From Scenedesmus sp. PABB004 (lineage: Eukaryota): 64,000 nucleotides of DNA. Below the pieces are notes generated by a model. It saw only the letters and a list, made by a program, of their open reading frames with translations. It made no database searches and had not been told where the DNA came from. Shown piece by piece: positions 22,743 to 35,133 of the stretch; the first letter of the stretch is position 1, and the number at the start of each line of letters is the position of its first letter. The translations under genes were made by a program, and so were the position numbers. Location of the stretch: positions 1-64,000 of the forward strand of contig JABVCE010000018.1 of the NCBI GenBank assembly GCA_014905635.1, in the 5' to 3' direction.

Positions 22743-23733
22743 ATGGCGGACTTCCACAACGCCGAGCCGCGCAGCCGGGAGGCTCGGCACGCTGCCCAGA
22801 ACAAGGACGTCCGCGAGCGGGGCTTCCTGCGCAACCGGCGGGGCGGGTACGCGCGGCCCGACGAGTGCTCCGGCAACCCACTGCAGCCCGAGCCGGGCAG
22901 CCCGCTCTACGCGGCGGAGGCAAACCGCTTCTACCGCGACGTCGCGGGCGAGCTGAAGGCGCAGAAGCAGCAAAAGGAGCGGCGCCAGCAGGTCCGCGCC
23001 GCGCAGCCGCGCGCTGCTGTCGCGGCGCCGGCGCCACGCGCCGCCAGCTCTGCCGCCGCCCCTGGCAGCTCTCCTAGCAGACGGCCAGCCGCGGGGGCTC
23101 GGCAGCGGCGGCCCATGGCCGCGCGCCGTGTCGCGCCGCCGCGCTGCGCGGTGTGCGCGCGCCGTCGCACGCCGCGCCCGCGCCGCCTCCAGGCCCGCCC
23201 GCTGCCGCGCCGACCCGGCGCCGCAGGAGCTGTACGACAGGAAGCGGCAGGAGGGGCTGGAGCGCGAGAGCGCGCGGTGGAAGGAGATTGACGCAGAGCG
23301 CGCGGCCGAGGCGGAGCGCATGGCGCACGTGCGCGAGGCCGGCACGCGCGGCAAGCAGAACAAGAGCAGCGAGCACTTCAACATCATCACCCTCAACTAC
23401 CACCCGACCAAGGAAGGCCAGCGGCTGCAGCAGAAGGCGCGGCGCTGCGGCGGCTGCGGCGCGGCTGGCCGCGGCCGCGGCGCGCGCAGCAGCGACCGGC
23501 CGCGGGCGCGCCGCCCGGCACGGCGCTCTGACGCTGCGTGGCGCGCGCCGCGCCCGCGCCCTGCCGCCCGCGGCGCCGCTGTGCAGGATGAGATGACGCG
23601 CTACCGCGCGGAGCTGCGCTCGCAAAACCTGTTCAACAAGAGCCACTCTGTGCCGCACAACATCATCACCGGCGAGGCGCGCAGCAACCCCGTGCGCCTG
23701 CCGGCCGCGCCGGCGCCGCCGCCGCTGCAGTAG
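22743..23733 (+). CDS. Uncharacterised coiled-coil protein with two NIIT motifs, possibly cilium-associated; 3 exons (22743-22991, 23227-23436, 23587-23733)
   Basis: Coherent spliced ORF with strong codon bias; one GT-AG and one GC-AG intron. The function is a guess. Confidence 0.7.
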
Positions 23734-23946
23734 CGACGCGTGCGCGCTCGCGCGCGCGCGCCTGGGGGCCTGCCGGCACGCGGCGCCGCAGCCGGCGCCG
23801 CTCGTTGCTGCGCGTCGCTGCGCGCTGGCAGGGGCGAGGGGCGCGGACGCGGCCCGCGAGGGGAGCGTGCACGGGGCGCGCGGGCGAGGGGCGCGAGGGG
23901 TGCGGGCGCGGGCGCGTTAACCAGGGCCGGCCGGTCAGCCGCCGGG

Positions 23947-25625
23947 TCAGCCGCCAGCCGCGCGGCCGCGCTTGCAGATGGCCTGCAGGTCTGACACAAA
24001 GTTGCCGATTGTGTCCAGCTGCTGCAGCGGGTGCGTCTCCGGCGGGTGCGCAATGTGCGACCGCTGGCGGCAGCGGTTGAACACGTTGTCGGCCGCCAGC
24101 ACCACCTGGCCGTGCTCCAGCGTGCGCTGCGACGCCACGCGCAGGCTGTAGTCCTTCTGCAGCTCCTGCGGCGGCGCGACCCGAGGCACGCGCGCGAGGC
24201 GCGTGGGCGCGCGGGCGGCAGCGGCGTCCGGCGCTGGCTGCCGCCGCAGCAACGCGCCGCAGGCTGTCGCCGCCCCACCGCCGCCGCCGCCGTCTGCCGG
24301 CCGCCGCCGCTGCTGCCGGCCGCCGCCGCTGCTGCCGCCGCTGAGGCTGACGCTGCCGCGGCTGCCGGCGGCCACCGCCCGCTGCCGGCCGCCGCCGCTG
24401 CCGCCGGCTGCTGGCCGCGCTGCGGGCCGCCCGCCGGGCCGCCGCCGCGCGCACCTGCTGTGCTGCCTGGCCCTCGATCTCCTCCAGCCGCTGCTTGAGG
24501 TGCGCGAGGCGGTTGGTGAGGCGCAGCACCTCGTCGCGCCGCGCCTTGGTGAGCGCCGTCAGCGACGCGCGCAGCGCCTCCGCCTCGGCCGCCGACGCCT
24601 GCTGGTGGCGCCGCAGGTCGTCGTTGGTGGCCTGCAGCGTGGCGTGGCGGGCGAGCAGGTCCGGCACCTCCTGGTACTCGTCGGCCACCTCCAGCACGCC
24701 CTCGAGGTAGCGCCGGTACCTGCACGGCGCGCGGGCGGGGAGGCGGGGCCGCGCGGGGAGGCAGGGCCGCGGCCGCGGCGGCACGGGCGCGGGCGCGCAG
24801 TCGCGGGCGCGCAGTCGCGGGCGCGCAGTCGCGGGCGCGGGCGCGGGCGCGGGCGCGCGGCGTGCCGCCGCCGGGCGCGCTGCCAGCCCCCCTGGCCCTC
24901 CCCTGCCCGGCCACGCGCGCGCCGCCGCGGCCCCGCCCCCGCGCCCGCGCGCGGGGCTCACTGGCTGTAGCGCTCCAGCACGTCGCCCACGCGCTCCCGC
25001 TCCTCCCGCAGCTGCTCGAGCGTGTCGGTGAGCGTCTCAATCTCCCGCTCCTTGCCCTGCCGGCAGCGCACCTCGTCGGCCGCCTTCTTGTCGGCGCGCG
25101 CGCGCTTGGAGTCGTTCTCCTGCAGGAACTTGCTGAAGCGGATGAGGCTCTCCTGCAGCTCCAGGTCCTTCTTCTTCAGGCCCTCCTCGCGCCGCCGGAA
25201 CGCCTCCTCCTGCAGCGGCGGCGGCGGCGGCGACAGCGGCGCGGCAGCAACGCTGGGGCGGCGATAGAACGGGGACGCCTGGGGCCGGAGGGGCGCGCGG
25301 CGCGCGCCGGCGCGGCGCGGGGCGCGCCAGCGCGGAGGGCGCGCCTTGCGCGCAAACTCCTGCTTCTGCAGCTCCAGCGCCTCCTGCACCTCGAACATCT
25401 GCCGCCGCTTTTCCAGCAGCCGCGTGGAGGGCGACGCGTTCTCCAGCACGCACCGCCGCGCCGCGCCGGGGCTGCGCGCGACAGCAGCGCCGCGCCCGCG
25501 CAGCCGGGCGGGCGTCGTGCCGCGGCTGCGCCGCGCCGGCAGGGCGCCGCGCCGGCGCCGCCAGCGCTGCAGCGCGAGCCCCACCTGGCGCCGGCGCCGG
25601 CGTGCGCCGCCAGCTCGCCGGCCAT
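23947..25625 (-). CDS. CFAP73: CFAP73/CCDC42-family (DUF4200) flagellar coiled-coil protein, 5 exons
   Basis: SPSTRLLEKRRQMFEVQEALELQKQEF and LQESLIRFSKFLQENDSKRARA are characteristic of the family. Splice phases are consistent. Confidence 0.85.
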
Positions 25626-25697
25626 GGCCGCTGAGCGCGCGGCGCTGCTGAGCGGCGGCCCTGCTGCGTTGACCTGCAGGGGGGCGGCCGCCCGGGT

Positions 25698-25762
25698 GGG
25701 CGGCGGTGGCGGCGGTGGCGGCGGTGGTGGCGGCGGCGGTGGTGGCGGCGGCGGTGGTGGCG
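25698..25762. repeat. (GGC/GGT)n trinucleotide tract between the divergent CFAP73 and RPB10 genes
   Basis: Directly visible. Confidence 0.85.
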
Positions 25763-25983
25763 GAGCGAGGTGTGGGGCGGCGCACGTGCGAGCGCGGCGC
25801 AGGGCGGCGGCAGCTCGCCGGGCGCGACCAGCGGGCTTCGCCTGCCTGGCCCTGCGCGGCGTTCAGCAGCCCCGCCCGCCTCCGGGGCGCGCTCACTGCC
25901 ACGCGACGCGACGCTCGCTGTCTCCGGCCTGCAAGCGCCCGCGCTCGCGGCCTGTTCCGGCGCCCCAGGCGCGGCGCGGCGCG

Positions 25984-26547
25984 ATGATCATCCCCGTGCG
26001 CTGCTTCACCTGCGGCAAGGTGAGCTCCCGCGACCGCGCGGCGCGCCGCTGACCTCGGCGCGCGATGGGCGGCGCGGGGGCGGCGGCTGATGGATGTCGC
26101 CGGCCGCCGCAGGTCATTGGCAACAAGTGGGACACCTACCTGGACCTGCTGCAGGCCGAGTACGAGGAGGGGTGAGCGCACAGCGGCCCACAGCGGCCAG
26201 GCGGCGCGCGGGGCCGCCTGCGGGCGACGGCTCGAGCGGCCGGCGGCCGCCGCCGCTGCTGCCATCGCCGCTGCTCGCGGCGGCGCGCCGGCCGGCGGGC
26301 TCCACGAGGGCGCCAGCACGCCGCGTCCCGCCGCCAGCAGCCTCGCCAGAACGGGCAGCGGCAGCGGTCGCCGGGCGCCGACCGCGGCGTCGCCCTGCCC
26401 CGCCTTGCGCCGCCACGCCCCCGCAGCGAGGCGCTGGACGCGCTGGGCCTGACGCGCTACTGCTGCCGGCGCATGGTGATGACGCACGTGGACCTGATCG
26501 AGAAGCTGCTGAACTACAACACGCTGGAGCGCGCCGAGGAGCACTGA
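25984..26547 (+). CDS. RPB10: DNA-directed RNA polymerases I/II/III shared subunit RPABC5, 3 exons
   Basis: [25 protein letters not shown]...[29 protein letters not shown]. Confidence 0.97.
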
Positions 26548-27265
26548 CGAGCGGCGGCAGCGACGCAGCGCGCCCGGACGGGGTCGCGCCGCCGCGCGGC
26601 TGCAGGCGCAGCCGCTGCGCGCCGCGCTGCCAGCGCGCCCAGACTGTACACAAGTCGAGGGGGACGGTAGGGGCGGGGCGGGCGGGGGCCGCTGGCAGGC
26701 CGCGCAGTGCTGGCACTGCCCATTGCTGCTGCGCCGAGGTCAGCCTTGGCGCGGTGCCTGACCGCGCGCACGCGCCGTGCACGCCGGGGGACCCTAGAGC
26801 TCCCTGTGACCTGGGGGCGTGCCACGCGGTTGAACTGACCGTTCGCGTTACTCCGCGCCGGCCGCCGCCAGGCCAGGCGCACCAGCGCCCGCGCCAGCGC
26901 CCGCAGCAGGTGCGGTACACGCGCGAGCAGCGCGCTCACTCCCCAGCCACCTGCATGCGCCGCGGCTGCGACTGGGACGAATGCCGTGCCAGCCCCCTAG
27001 GGAATCACTCTTGGCCCCGCGGTCATGAGCGTGCTGCCGCCGCGCGCGCGGGCGACGCCGAGCAGCAGCAAATAAGTGCGAGTGCGCCAGTCCGAGTTGA
27101 GTTCAGCCCCCGCCAGCAACGCGCACCTGCCCCACGCGTTCGCCGCCCTCGGCCACGCGCGCGCTGTTCAGAGCCCCCCTCCCCTAAACCGCCGCCGCCC
27201 CCTGCGCACCCCAGCCTGCTTGTGCGCGGCCGGCAGCCCCACGGCGCGTGGCGTCCGCGCCGCCG

Positions 27266-30200
27266 CTAATCGCCCTGGAGCCTGCCCAGCCGGGCTGTGG
27301 GGTGCATGCCCGCCGGTGCGGCGGCCTGCGCGCGTTGCTGCCGGGCCTGGGCTGTGACTTGGCTGTTGGCGTGCGCGACCCAGGCGAGGCCCCAGCAGAC
27401 CAGGATCACGATGACGGTGCCCACAAACCAGCGCCACGCCGCCCGCCAAAACCTCTTGGCCATGCGCCAGTCGGCGCCCACCAACTGCCAGGTGGACCGC
27501 AGCGCGGCGCGCCGCGGCGGCGGCGTCTTCTTGGCCAGCACCATGCTCGCGGCGGCGGCGGGGCGGCCCTTGCGCTTCTCCGCGCCGCCGCCAGGCGAAC
27601 CCTCCGCCGGCGCCGCCTTGGCCTTGGCGCGCCCCTTGCGCTTGCCGCCGCCCTCGGCGCTGGGGATGGCGCCGGGCGCCGCGTCGCTGCCGCCGTCGCT
27701 GCCGCCGGGCGGCGGCGCTGGCGCCGCGGGCGTGTCGACGTGCACCGCGGCGCTCCACGCGCTGTGCCCCGTGCCGGCCGTGCCCACCGAGCGCACGCGG
27801 ACGGCGTACGTGGTGCCGGGCGCGAGGCCCGTGAGCGTGGCGCTGGTGGCGCGCGGCACGGTCGCCTTGAGCGCTGGCGCGCCGCCTGCCAGCGGCGCCG
27901 CCTCCAGCTCGTAGCCCGCCGCCTCGGCGGCTGCGGGCGCGGGCTCCGCCGCGGGCCAGCTCGCCAGCAGCACGTGCGTGGGCTGCCCCGCCGCCCCCCT
28001 GGCTCCCCGGGCTGCAGCTCCGCGGCCACGCTCGCCGGCGGCGGCGGCGGCGACAGCAGCAGCGTGACGCTGCTCGCCTCGCTCCAGGGCCCCGCCCCCG
28101 CCACGTTGACCGCCGCGACGCGGACGTCGTACGACGCGCCCGGCTGCAGCCCCGTGAGCCGGTAAAACAGCTCGCCGCCGTCGTACGCCTGCGCCCACGC
28201 GTGTTTGCTGGCGCTCGCGCTGCCGCCGCGCAGCTGCAGCAGGGAGCGGCTCGGGACCGCGCCGTTGCTCTCTGGCGGCATGCCCCAGTTGACCTTCACC
28301 GACGTCGCGGTGCGCTGGCTGAAGCTCGGCCGCGGCGGCGCGCCGGGCGGCGCGGCGAGCGTGCGACACTGCGCGGGCTCGCACCAAGGGCCCGCGCCGC
28401 ACGCGTTGAGCGCGCGGACGCGCCAGGAGTAGGCCCGCCCCGGCAGGAGGCCGCCCACCTCGGCAGCGCAGTCGCCGCCCGACCAGGCGCGGCTCCACGC
28501 CGCGCCCGGCGCCGCGCCGGGGCCGGCGACCTCCAGCTGGTAGCTGCTCACCTCCGCGCCGTGGTCCTCCGCCGGCGGCGCCCAGCTCAGGCGCACGCGC
28601 GCGCTGCTGAGCGCGGCGGCGGCCAGGCCGCACGGCGCGCCGGGCGCGGCGGGGCCGGTGGTCGCGGCCATGGCCTCGCTCCAGGGGCTGCCGCCGATCT
28701 CGTTGTGCGCGCGCAGCCGCAGCAGGTAGTGCGAGGCGGGCTTGAGGTGCTTGACCTCTGCGCTCGTGAGGGGACCAGAATACACCGTCTCCCAGCGCAG
28801 CTTCTCAGCACCCGCCGCCTGCCCGCCGCCGCCGGCCGTGCCGTCTGCGGGGCGGTGCAGGGCGGCACGGGTGAGCGTGCAGCAGAGAGCAGCGCGTGCG
28901 GCACAGCGAGCAGCGCACAGGGTGCGCCGCCGGTCCTCACCGTGCGACTCGTCCTGCTGCTCCTCCTGCTGCTCCTCCTGCTGCTGCAGCTGCTGCTGCT
29001 GCAGCTGCTCCAGCTGCTGCGCCTGCTGCTGCTGCTGCTGCTGCAGCGGCTGGCCGGGGTGCGCGGGGCGCGCCAGGTTGAGCGTGTAGCTGCACACCTC
29101 CTTGCCCTGGCCAAACGGCTCCTTCCACGTGAGGCTGAGGCTGCTGCTGCCGCTGCCCACGACCACGGGCGGCTCCGGCGCCTGCGGCGCAGCCGGCTTG
29201 GTGGCGGTCGAGCCCACGGGCGACCAGGGCCCCGCGCCGTGGCTGTTCATTGCCGCGACGCGGAACTCGTAGCGCGTGCCCGGCAGCACGTCGGTGACCT
29301 GCACGCACATGTCCAGCCCGCTGTAGATGCTGATAAAGTGCTGCGGGATGGCCAGGCTGTCCGCGGGGCCGAGCGCCGCGCTGCCGCCCTGGTCCTCCCC
29401 GCTGCGCATCTCAACCTTGTAGCCAACGATCGGGGCGCCGCCGTCGTGCGGCGGCGCGCGCCAGCGCAGCAGCAGCGACTGCGCGGCGGCGGCGGCGCGT
29501 CCAAGGTGTGCAGCTGGCTGCAGCGCGGCCGGCGGGCGCGGCGCCTGCGCGGCGAGGCCGCCCGCCGCGCGCCCCGCACGCGCACCTTGGTCTCGGAGAC
29601 TGCCTCGGGCGTGGGCGGCGCCAGCGGCGCGTCGGGCGCGGTCGTGACATGCAGCGGGACGCTGAACTGCCCCTGCCCCGCGCCGTTGCGCGCGGCGACG
29701 CGCAGGCTGTACTGGCAGCCCGGTTGCAGCGCGGCAAAGGTGGTCGCAAGCGCGCTGCCGTCAAAGATGATGATCCAGTCCGGCCCCAGCTCCGCCGCGG
29801 CGACCTTGGTCTTGGCCTGCAGCTGCACCTGGAAGCCCTGCACGGGGCTGCCGCCGTCCGCGTGCGGCGGCTGCCACGCCACCGTGACGCTGGTGCGCGT
29901 GATGCCCACCACGCCCAGGCCCGTGGGGCTCGCCGGCACCGTCGCGGCGGTGGTGGCGGCCACGACCGGGCTCCACAGGCTCACGCCCTCCTGCGAGGCG
30001 GCGGCGCGGCAGCGCACGTGCGGCGGGCGCGTCGCACCGCGCCGGGCGGCGGGCGCGCCCGCCCGCCCGCCGCGCAGCGGCGCGGCACGCCCCAGCCCCG
30101 CCGCGCAGCGCGCGGCGCGCTCACCGAGTTTTCGGCGCGCAGGCGGATGCGGTAGGTGAGGCCGCTCGCGAGGTTGGTGAGGCTGGCGCTGGTCGCGGGG

Positions 30201-31806
30201 CCCGCGGCTGCGAGCCTGAAGTCGCCGCCGCGGCCATCGTCCATCTCCAGCGTGTAGCTGCTGACCGGCGCGCCGTTGTCGGGCGGCGCGCGCCACTGCA
30301 GCGTCGCGGCGTCCTTGCTGCACCCGACCTGCAGCGGCGGCTCGGGCGCGGCCGGCACCGACGCCTGCGTGGTGAAGGTGCTGGGCAGGCTCCACGGCCC
30401 CGCGCCCAGCGCGCTGAAGGGGCGGATGCGGAAGGAGAAGCGCTGCCCCGGGCCCAGCCGCGCGAGCTTGAAGCTGCGCTCGTCGCCCAGGTAGGCCTGG
30501 GAGAAGCCCTGCGCCACGCGGCGCGGCGCGGCGCGCACCGCGCGCGTCAGCCGCGCCCGCAGCGCCGCCGCGCAGCTCCCGCCGTGCCGGCAGGCCGCGC
30601 ACCTGCTCGTCCGGCGGCCCGCCCTCCCAGCTCGCGGGCTGCGGGCTGACGGCCAGCTCGTACCGCAGGATCGCCTCGCCGCCGGTCTCGTCGGGCTGCG
30701 TCCACTTGAGCTGCGCACGCGGCGCGCGCACCGGGGGCAGGCATGAAGAGCGGGGGAGGGCACGGGAGGGGTGGGCAGGCGCGAGCGCCGGGCTCCCGCA
30801 CACGGGCGGCTGCAGCGCGCGCGCCGCCGCCGCCGCCGCACGCCCCCGCGGCCGCACCTTGAGAGCGTTGCGCGCGCGTTGCGCCAGCGCCGGCGCCTGC
30901 ATCTGCCCCGGCGGCGAGGGCCGCGTGCGGAAGGGCAGCACGGGCGAGCCGGCGGCGGGGAAGCAGACCTGCTGCGCCGTGCCGCTGACCGTCGCGCAGG
31001 CGGTCGCCACGACGCGCGCCGCGTAGAAGCGACCCGAGCGCAGGCCCGTCACCTGCGCGCGCATCACGTGCGGGCGCAGCCCGCCGCGCGGCCGCAGCGC
31101 TCGTTGGACCAGGCGCGGCGCCCCCCGGCGCCGCCGCTGGCTGCGGGCCGGCGCGCGCGCCGCGCCGCGCCGCGCCGCGCGCACCTGCACCATCTCCTCC
31201 AGCGCCCCCGCGCCGGAGGCCACCGCGCGCCACGCGCCGTCCACCAGCGCGCCCGGCACCTGCTCCAGCAGCTGGTCGGGGCCGGCCGCGGGCGTGGGCG
31301 GGCCGAGCGGCACCTGCTGCACCTGCAGCTCGTACTCCAGCGTGTACGTGCACTCCTCCGCCTGGAACGCCGCCTGCGTTCGCCGGACGGCGGTGAGCGG
31401 CAGCGGGTGACGCGCAGCAGCGGCGGGAGGCCCCGGCGGCGCTGCCGTGCCCGGCGCCGCGGCGCGCCGCCGCAACGCGCCGGGGCCGAGCGCGTTGCGC
31501 CGTCCCACGTCCCCGCCGCACCCCGGGCCCCACCTGCTCGGCGTGGTGGGGCGGCAGCGACCACGCTGCAGGGGTCCATCTGAAGCCAGCGGTGGTGAAG
31601 CTCAGCGCGGCCAGCTCCGGCGCCCGCACGTCGATGACGGGTGCCAGGGGGACCAGCACGCGCTCTGGCTCCTCGCCCAGGCCGTCGGGGCCCTGGTGCG
31701 CCGCGCGGGCAGCTGATGGCGCCCCGCCGAGCGAGCTCGGGGCGGCCATCCCGTCTCCCTGCACCAACATCCGCACGCCAGCGCTGGCGTTGGCCACGTC
31801 AACCAT
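27266..31806 (-). CDS. Multi-fibronectin type III domain protein with a C-terminal transmembrane segment (FNDC3-like architecture), about 8 exons
   Basis: Repeated W-x-x-P-x-DNG...Y...L-x-PG-x-x-Y-x-x-RV-x-A-x-N-x-x-G-x-GPWS units and the hydrophobic stretch WFVGTVIVILVCWGLAWV near the end. Apparent frameshift near 27990. Confidence 0.85.
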
Positions 31807-32215
31807 GGCGGCCCCTCAGGGCATGCATACCCTGAGCTGCCGCGGCGTTTGTTCTCGAACGGTGCGAGCGCGGCCAACACAAGGCCGGGGGGCCTGTCGT
31901 TGTGGGGGCCAGCGACACGGGCTAGGTAGCCAGCGGCTTGGTTTGAGCAGCCGCGGCGGCGGCGTGACGACGGCGGCGGCGCCGCTAGTCGGCGGCGCAA
32001 GGGCTCACACAAAAAGTGCCGCAAGCTCTGCAGCCGGCCGGTTCCGCGCAAAGTCGCGCACTCCGACACCTGCGCGCTCCGCCGCAGCCGCCGCGCCACC
32101 GCTGCGCACCCCCAGCCGCCGATTCCAGCAGCGCCGCGCCGCCGCTGCGCACCCCCAGCCACCCGCGCCGCCGCCGGCTGCGCACGCCCAGGGCGCGGCC
32201 CCACGGCGGCGCGGC

Positions 32216-34383
32216 ATGGCTACCTTCTACAACCCGCGGTGCGGCGCGCAGGAGCAGGCGGGCGGCGGCGCCAGGGAGGGTGCACAGCGACGCGCCGCGC
32301 CGCGCTGCAGCCGGTGCCGCGCCGCGCCAGCGCCGCCAGCGCCGCGCCGCCGTGAGCGGCCGGCGCCGTGCGCGGCTGCGCGGTGGCCGCCCGCAGGCCG
32401 CAGCCGGTGGAGCCGGAGGCGCGCGTGGAGGTGGAGGAGGGCCGCGGCCTCACGGGGCGCGGCGCGCCGCGCCTGCGCGTCGTGCTGGGCACCGAGGGAG
32501 CCAGCAGCCTGTCGTCGGTCGCCACGCTCTGCAACAGCGCGATCGGCGCGGGCGTGCTGAGCCTGCCGTTTGCGTTTGCGGCGGCGGGCCTGGTCGGCTG
32601 CCTCATCCTGTGCCTCGTCGTCGCGGCGAGCGAGGCGTTCACGATGTACGTCCTCGCCAAGTTTGCCGAGCGCTACGACGCGCCCTCGTACGGCTCGCTC
32701 GTCCGCCGCGCGCTGGGCAAGCGCACGGCTGCGCTGCTGAGCGGCGTGCTGCTTGTGTACCTGTGGGGGTCCTGCGTTGCTTATTTGGTCATCGTGGCGG
32801 ACACGGCGACCAGCCTCAGCGCGCTGCACCTCGGCCCCGCCGCGCTGGCGTCGCAGCGCCCCGTCGTGCTCGCCGCCGCGGGCGCGCTCGTGACGCTGCT
32901 CTGCTTCCCCCGCCACCTCTCCGCGCTGGGTGCGCGCCGGCGTGCCGCGCCGCGCAGGCACGCGCCGCGCCGCGCCGCGCTCGCGCGCCGCCGGCCCACG
33001 CAGCTGCCCTGCCGCGCGGTGTGCCCCGCCAGAGAACATGAGCTTCCTGGCCGTGCTGGGCTTCCTGTACACCGCAGGCGTGGTGCTGCTCCGCGGCCTG
33101 CAGGTGCGCGCGCGCGCCGCCGCCGCCGCCTGCCGCGCCGCGCCGGGCGCCGCGCCGCCGACGCCGACGCCGGCGCCGGCGCCCGCAGGCGGTCGCGGCG
33201 CGGCCCGACCCGTGGGCGGGCGTGGCGCTGTTCCGCGGGGACGTGACGGCGCTGTACGCGATCAGGTGCGCCCGCGGGGTCGGGGGGCAGCGGGGCGCAG
33301 CCGCGCGCGGCCGGGCGGGTGGGCGGCCCCCTTGACGCGCCGCGCCCCCTGCCCTTCCCTCCCTGCGCAGCATCGCCGTGTACGGCTTCAACTGCCACGC
33401 CAACGTCGTCTCCGTTTTCTACGAACTGGAGCACTATCCGTCCCCCTTGATCCCGCGCCTGCCGGCCAGGTGCGCCGGCGCGCCGGCGGCGGCCGCGCGC
33501 GCGGCCGCGCGCGCCTGCCCCTGAGCGCCCCGCCCGCCCGCCGCGCCGCCGCCGCCCCGCGCGCAGCCCCAGCGCGTTCCAGGGCCTGGGCCGGCTCGCG
33601 CCCAAGCCCCGCACCTACAAGCTCATCGGCATGCTCGGCGCCATCCTCTCCGCGCAGGCCGTCATCTTTGTGGGCTACATGGCCGTCGGCATCGCGGGTG
33701 CGGCCCGCGCGCGCGCGCGCGTGTGATGTCACACACATCAACGCCCGCGCCGCCGCGTGCCTTTACCGGGCCGCGCCTCACCACGCCCCTCTCTCCCATG
33801 CCCCTCCGCCCCTTCGCCCCTCCGCCGCCGCCCCCCCCAGGCTTCCTGGCCTACCCTGACAACGTGAGCAGCAACATCCTCAACTCCTTCCCACCCGACG
33901 ACGTGCTCATGCAGGTGCACTTGGGCCGGCGCGGCGCGCTCGGGCCGGCGCGGGGCGCCGGCTGGGCTGCGCGGCGCACCTCCCGTTGCGCCGGCTTTAC
34001 AGCCAGCCACCCGCTCGGGCCGCTCACGCAGGTCGCGCGCGGCGTGATCGGGTTTGTCGTCCTCGCCCACTACCCGCTCAACCACCACCCCGCGCGGCGC
34101 GGCTGGGAGGTGCGCCGCGCAGACGCGGCGCCCCCCGCGCCGCGCACGCGCGCAGCGCGCGCGCGCGCCGCGCCGGCCCGAGCGCACCCCGCGCCGTGTG
34201 CGTGCGTGCGCGCAGGACCTGCTGGACGCGGTCGCGGGCGTCAAGACCATCCCGCCCTGGCTGTCGGCGGTGATGACGGTCGTGTTTGTGTGGTCAAACG
34301 TCGCCACCGCGATGGTCGTGCGCGACCTGGGCGAGGTGCGGCGGCGCCGCCGCCGCCGCGCGTGGCGCCTGCCCGGTCGGGGC

Positions 34384-34442
<59 letters not shown>

Positions 34443-34960
34443 CGCGCGTGCCCGCCTGGCCGCCGCCTGGCCGCGCGTGACCGCGGCCGCGTGGCGCGCG
34501 CCAGGTGCTGCACATCATCGGCGGCACCGCGGCGTGCTTCATGATCTTCTTCCTCCCAGGCCTGCTGCTCATGAACGCGGCGATCATCAAGCACACCGCC
34601 AGCAGCGCAGACCTCACAGCGCTGGTGCGCAGCCGCGCCACGCGCACGCGACGCGCCGCGCACGTGCGCACGTGCGCGCGCGCTCCACGCGCCGCGCGCA
34701 TGCCGACGCGCCGCGCCGCGCGCGCGGGCTCGCCCCGCCCCGCCGCCGCCGCGCAGGACGCGGGCTCCGAGGCGAGCCCGTATCCGCCGAGCGCCGCGGG
34801 CGACGACCCCGGCACGCCGCTGCTGCTGGACAGGCGGGCAGGCTTCCGGCAGGAGGGGCTCGTGTTTGCCCCCGCCAAGGGCTGGTGGGCGGGGCTGGCG
34901 CTGGTGGTGGTCGCGCTGTGCGTGCTCAGCGTCACGCTGATCACCTCGCTCATGGGCTGA
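32216..34960 (+). CDS. Amino-acid transporter, AAAP/SLC38 (Aa_trans) family, 11 exons
   Basis: SSVATLCNSAIGAGVLSLPFAF, YGFNCHANV, NILNSFP, YPLNHHPAR and IIGGTAACFMIFFLPG motifs; many hydrophobic segments. Confidence 0.9.
34383..34447. repeat. Compound microsatellite (CT)n(CG)n inside an intron
   Basis: Directly visible. Confidence 0.9.
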
Positions 34961-35133
34961 GCAGCAGCCCCCGCAGCGCGGCGGCCCGCGCGCCCCCGCC
35001 GCGAGGCGGGGCGCCGGGCGGCGCCGGCGCGGCGCCGCGCGCGGTGCGTGAGGGAGGCAGGTGGTCTTGTGACGACAACAGGTGGCTGGCTGTGGCTGCG
35101 CGGCCTGCAGGCCCGCCGCGCTGAGCCCTCCGC

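Noticed and set aside
27181..27190. CCCTAAA telomere-like motif
   Set aside because: Single copy; there is no telomeric array in the window.
27975..28015. Frame change in the FN3 gene as programmed frameshifting or pseudogenisation
   Set aside because: It sits at a G/C homopolymer, and similar single-base indels differ between near-identical L1 copies. A long-read consensus error is more likely.
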